A stretch of DNA of 64,000 nt from an uncultured Candidatus Binatia bacterium. GTDB lineage: Bacteria; Desulfobacterota; Binatia; Bin18. This document shows positions 60,776 through 64,000 of this stretch, piece by piece. The stretch is from NCBI GenBank assembly GCA_965214605.1, contig OZ243961.1, positions 3,008,001-3,072,000 on the forward strand, in the 5' to 3' direction. Every line of letters starts with the position of its first letter. Position 1 is the stretch's first letter. A model generated the notes under the pieces. The model saw only the letters and a list, made by a program, of their open reading frames with translations, searched no databases and had not been told where the DNA came from. The translations under genes were made by a program, and so were the position numbers.

Positions 60776-60860
60776 TCGTATGACTGCCGAAGAGGGCGCC
60801 GACGCGCTTACTACCGAGGTGGCTGGTGTGTAGGTGCACGCCAGCGCTTACGCAGGGGGG

Positions 60861-60970
60861 GGCTGCTCGCCGTTCATGTGGCTATTAGGTTTGTGATTGC
60901 CGGACCGGAGACTGCGAGGACTGCGGCCCGCAGGGCTGCTCGCCGTTCATGTGGCTATTAGGTTTGTGAT
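60861..60970. repeat. Two identical 37-bp direct repeats separated by 36 bp
   Basis: ggctgctcgccgttcatgtggctattaggtttgtgat at 60861..60897 and 60934..60970. Confidence 0.9.
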
Positions 60971-61090
60971 GGTCTACCGTGAGTCTCGAACGCAACCCGA
61001 GCGCCAGCCTGGGCGATGTCGCAACAGGCTTCAACGTCCGTCGTCCGTTCGAGTTGGCATCTGTGTTCAGTGGCGAGGGTTTTCACAGCT

Positions 61091-61702
61091 TCAGGCCTCC
61101 ATCTTCTGAATCAAGGTTTCGACCAGGCGCTTGGCCTGAAGCGAGGCCTCGGTCACCTTGACGGGGTCGATTTGGGCAAGGATATCGAAGGAATGTCTAC
61201 CCTTGCCATATTCGCCCTTTTTTTTGCAGCGCCGAGTCGCGGCCTTGAGTCCGTTGAGCACCTCGGTTTTGGTGACGTTTTCGACGTCGCTACGAGCCGG
61301 CAACGCACCACGATAGAATCCGTCGCCGAAAAACAACCCTAAAGTGTCTTTGTCGGCCAGAAACCACGCCTCCATGCACCGTACCATAAGGTGCGCGCTG
61401 TCGTCCGTAGTTGCCGCTGGACGCTCCCAGCGGTCCCGGTCTTTGAGGTGTGCTCAAGATCCGTTTCCCACCGCTACCGGCGCCTCGCTGTCTACCAGCA
61501 GGAGGATAAAGTCGTCTGCACCGGCCTTGTTGAGTGCGGTACAGAAATCGCCAAATGCCTGATGCCGCCCTCCGCTAGCAACAATCTTCGGCATTTGACC
61601 GTCGAGTCCAGCCTTGCGGAAGAACTCGCTGAAACCTGCGCGGCAACGTGTCCTCACGGCACTGACGTCTCCGCCACCCTCCACGTAAACTGTGACGTTC
61701 AC
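61091..61702 (-). pseudogene. DUF4276 (TOPRIM-like) protein, frameshifted
   Basis: VYVEGGG, SGGR..AF..F, LLVDSE, MV.CMEAWFLAD, Y.KG.HS. Confidence 0.85.
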
Positions 61703-62863
61703 CAGCGGTTACCCCCCAGTTCGCCCTTGCGCCACAACTCTCCGAGGCTGTAACGCTGCAACCAGTCGGAAAGATCCGCCTTATCGAGACGCCGCATATT
61801 GGTCTGGCCACGGTGCTTCTCGCACACCACCACACTTTCCGGTGTGTCGGTCAGCGCATCGACCAACACCTCGGACTGGGTCGTCACCACGAGTTGGCAT
61901 CGCTCCGACGCCTCGCGTAGAAGGTCGCTGAGTGTCGGCAAGATGTCAGGATGTAGGCCGAGCTCAGGTTCTTCGATGCAGACCAGTGGTGGCGGCTTCG
62001 GGTGACAAAGGATCGCCAACAGGCAGAGATAACGCAGCGTCCCGTCCGACAGTCGTCTTGCCGCCACGGTGATATTATCTTCCTGGAGGAAAACCTGGAC
62101 GGTTCCAGCTTCGATAATGATGTCGAAGTCGGACACCCCTTCATACAGCTTCCGTAGGGCCTCGAGAATTTGGGCCTTTGCCTTCGGGTCGCGTTTCAGA
62201 CTGCTCAGGACCAGTCCCAGGTTCTTGCCATCCTCGACGAGGAAATCATTTGGCAGATCCGCCCTTTGAGGTAGGCGCGGCAAGGTGTATCGCCCGAAGC
62301 TCCACTCGCGGTACAACCGCATTTGACCGAAGACTTCGCCAATGTAAGTCAGCTCGGGATAGTGGTCGGGATCCCTGCGCTGTGAGAGGATGGACTGCTC
62401 CGGGTTGATCTCTTCACGTAAAAGCTTGCGCTGCCCGATCTCTTTGACGTTGAGATAGGGAACCCCATGCTGATACGCAAAATAGAAGTAGGGTTGATTG
62501 TGACCTGCATCCGGCCGTTCGTTTTCTATCCGTTCGTCGGTTACGTCAAATCGCTGGCCCTTCTCCGCGAAACCTAGACGGTATCGCAAGGCCTGCGGAC
62601 CTTTCGGGTTTTCCACGATCACGTCAATGCGCGCGGAAGACGCTTTGGGGTCACCGCGCCAAATCCACTCGTGAATCCCTCCCCCCTCGCGGATCGGCGC
62701 CGTGAGATTCCTTGGCGCCGCCTGGAGCAAATCGATTGCTTCAATGAGGTTGGACTTACCCGAGCCGTTTGGGCCGATCAGGATATTTAGAGGTCCCATG
62801 TCCAGCGTGTCGGTGTCGGCCGAAAGAGAGAAAATTCTGCAGTCTGATACTTCGAATGAGCAT
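61699..62863 (-). CDS. AAA_21/ABC-type ATPase, 5' frameshift near 62820
   Basis: MLIRSIRLQNFLSFG (ATG 62863) is out of frame with LIGPNGSGKSN; LSDGTLRYL, IEEPELGLHPD. Confidence 0.88.
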
Positions 62864-62929
62864 GTTCTTGCCTCCTCTACTCACCCCCATGGGACCTTGT
62901 TTGAGCTGCTCAAGCTTGGTCTTTGCCAC

Positions 62930-63490
62930 CTAGGCATCGATCTCGTCCGGGCGAGGGGCACGTAATCCTGCTGTCAGAAATGGAGGACCAGTGAACCTTG
63001 TAGGATCTTGCCGGTTCGGCACCGACTGTGGCGAAGGCACGCACCCAATCTCACCGGCCCGATTCCCGCACCCATTGATCTGCAAACAGTCAAACGTGCC
63101 AGATGACGAGATCATCGGGCTGAAGACCATCTACCTCTCGCAGACTCGGTCGCGGGTTGCTCCCCCAAGCTTCGGCTGCCGGCCGCGTGGGATGAGCACG
63201 TGTCGCTGGATGCGCTCACGCAGCGGGGCCTTGGCAGTATCGTTGGCTTGGAGGGGCCGTTCATCTATCACAGGGTCCAGACCTTGAGTCGCTTCTTCAG
63301 GCATACTTTGGAGTGCCCTGATAAGGTCACCGAGGGTTTTCGCGTCGTGGGACGGCCAAGGAATCAAGAGGTCCAGGGCTTTTTGATTGAAATCATAGAA
63401 CTGCTCTCGCGTGACGACCTGGCCAGTCTCAGACGCGTCGCTGCGCCGGCGAGGTCTCTAGCTGTCAGAGTCGGTCCGACGAAACTCTAG
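62930..63490 (-). pseudogene. Fragment of a large hypothetical protein
   Basis: Protein-like pieces W..HD..TLGDL, KA.LRERI and PDDLIIWH.WLF.D.W broken by stops and frameshifts. Confidence 0.4.
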
Positions 63491-64000
63491 CTTGATCTGC
63501 GCGCCCCAAAGACTTCGGCCTAGGTATCGTTCTAAAACTGCTCATAATTAATGTCCTTGTTTTCCGGAAAATGGTTTGTCAACAGTGTCATCAAACATCG
63601 TGGTGCAATCTTGTAGGAGATGAATAAGACGCTTTTCTTGCTCTTCTTCCGGGAGTTGTAAAAGTGATGTGGCCACTTCATCTACAGTTTCCAAAATGGA
63701 ATCAATACCGTGGAAAAACATTGAATTTCTATGAAGTTTTCGTTATTATTGCGTTCTGTTGCTTTATTAATAACACTGTTAAGATAAGGAATGAAACCAT
63801 CGTGGAGTACTTTCTTTCGTAATTGTGAATATTCAGAAAAATTAGACCCGGTTAATAGACAAGGTGAAACAGTAGCCAGAATACATGAAACAATAGTCAT
63901 AATAGATGAAAATCTTTCTCCCCTAATAAACCTCCGTGCATCTCAAACCATTGCTCTACCGAGGCCGCTGTCTGCGGCATCTATAACTTGAAGATTGCCT

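Noticed and set aside
63500-64000. AT-rich terminal segment as an assignable gene
   Set aside because: Short, interrupted frames with no motif; only the compositional shift is evident.

Overview
A GC-rich bacterial window in which intact core blocks alternate with three heavily decayed accessory islands. All family assignments come from motif recognition and memory; no searches were run. Island 1 (~1.6-12.9 kb) holds relics of a Uma2 nuclease, a ThsB-like TIR gene, a DprA + phosphoribosyltransferase pair, a fragmented Cas13a-like gene with no CRISPR array, plasmid mob/trfA/DUF1640 pieces, a VapBC pair and a secreted metalloprotease. Core block 1 (12.9-36.8 kb) has phhB, two probable selenoproteins missed by the ORF track (UGSC-family, UGA at 14715; ArsC-family, UGA at codon 12), a moaD-moaE fusion, moaB, miaB, a thiolase-like + DUF35 pair, an archaeal-type nurA-herA-sbcD-sbcC operon, MaoC dehydratases, a Zn-ADH, an MFS transporter, an XPB-like helicase and a CoA transferase. 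Island 2 (36.8-46.6 kb, at the 3' end of tRNA-Asn) is a mosaic of defence, toxin-antitoxin and phage fragments with an intact Fic gene. Core block 2 is ffs-dnaX-ybaB-recR. Island 3 (49.7 kb to the end) carries an intact, translationally coupled three-gene DndFGH-like module (P-loop protein, helical protein, 1794-aa FtsK/HerA ATPase) with no modification genes in view, plus a broken ABC-ATPase + DUF4276 pair. The best candidates for follow-up are the orphan DndFGH-like module, the Cas13a relic and the two selenoproteins.
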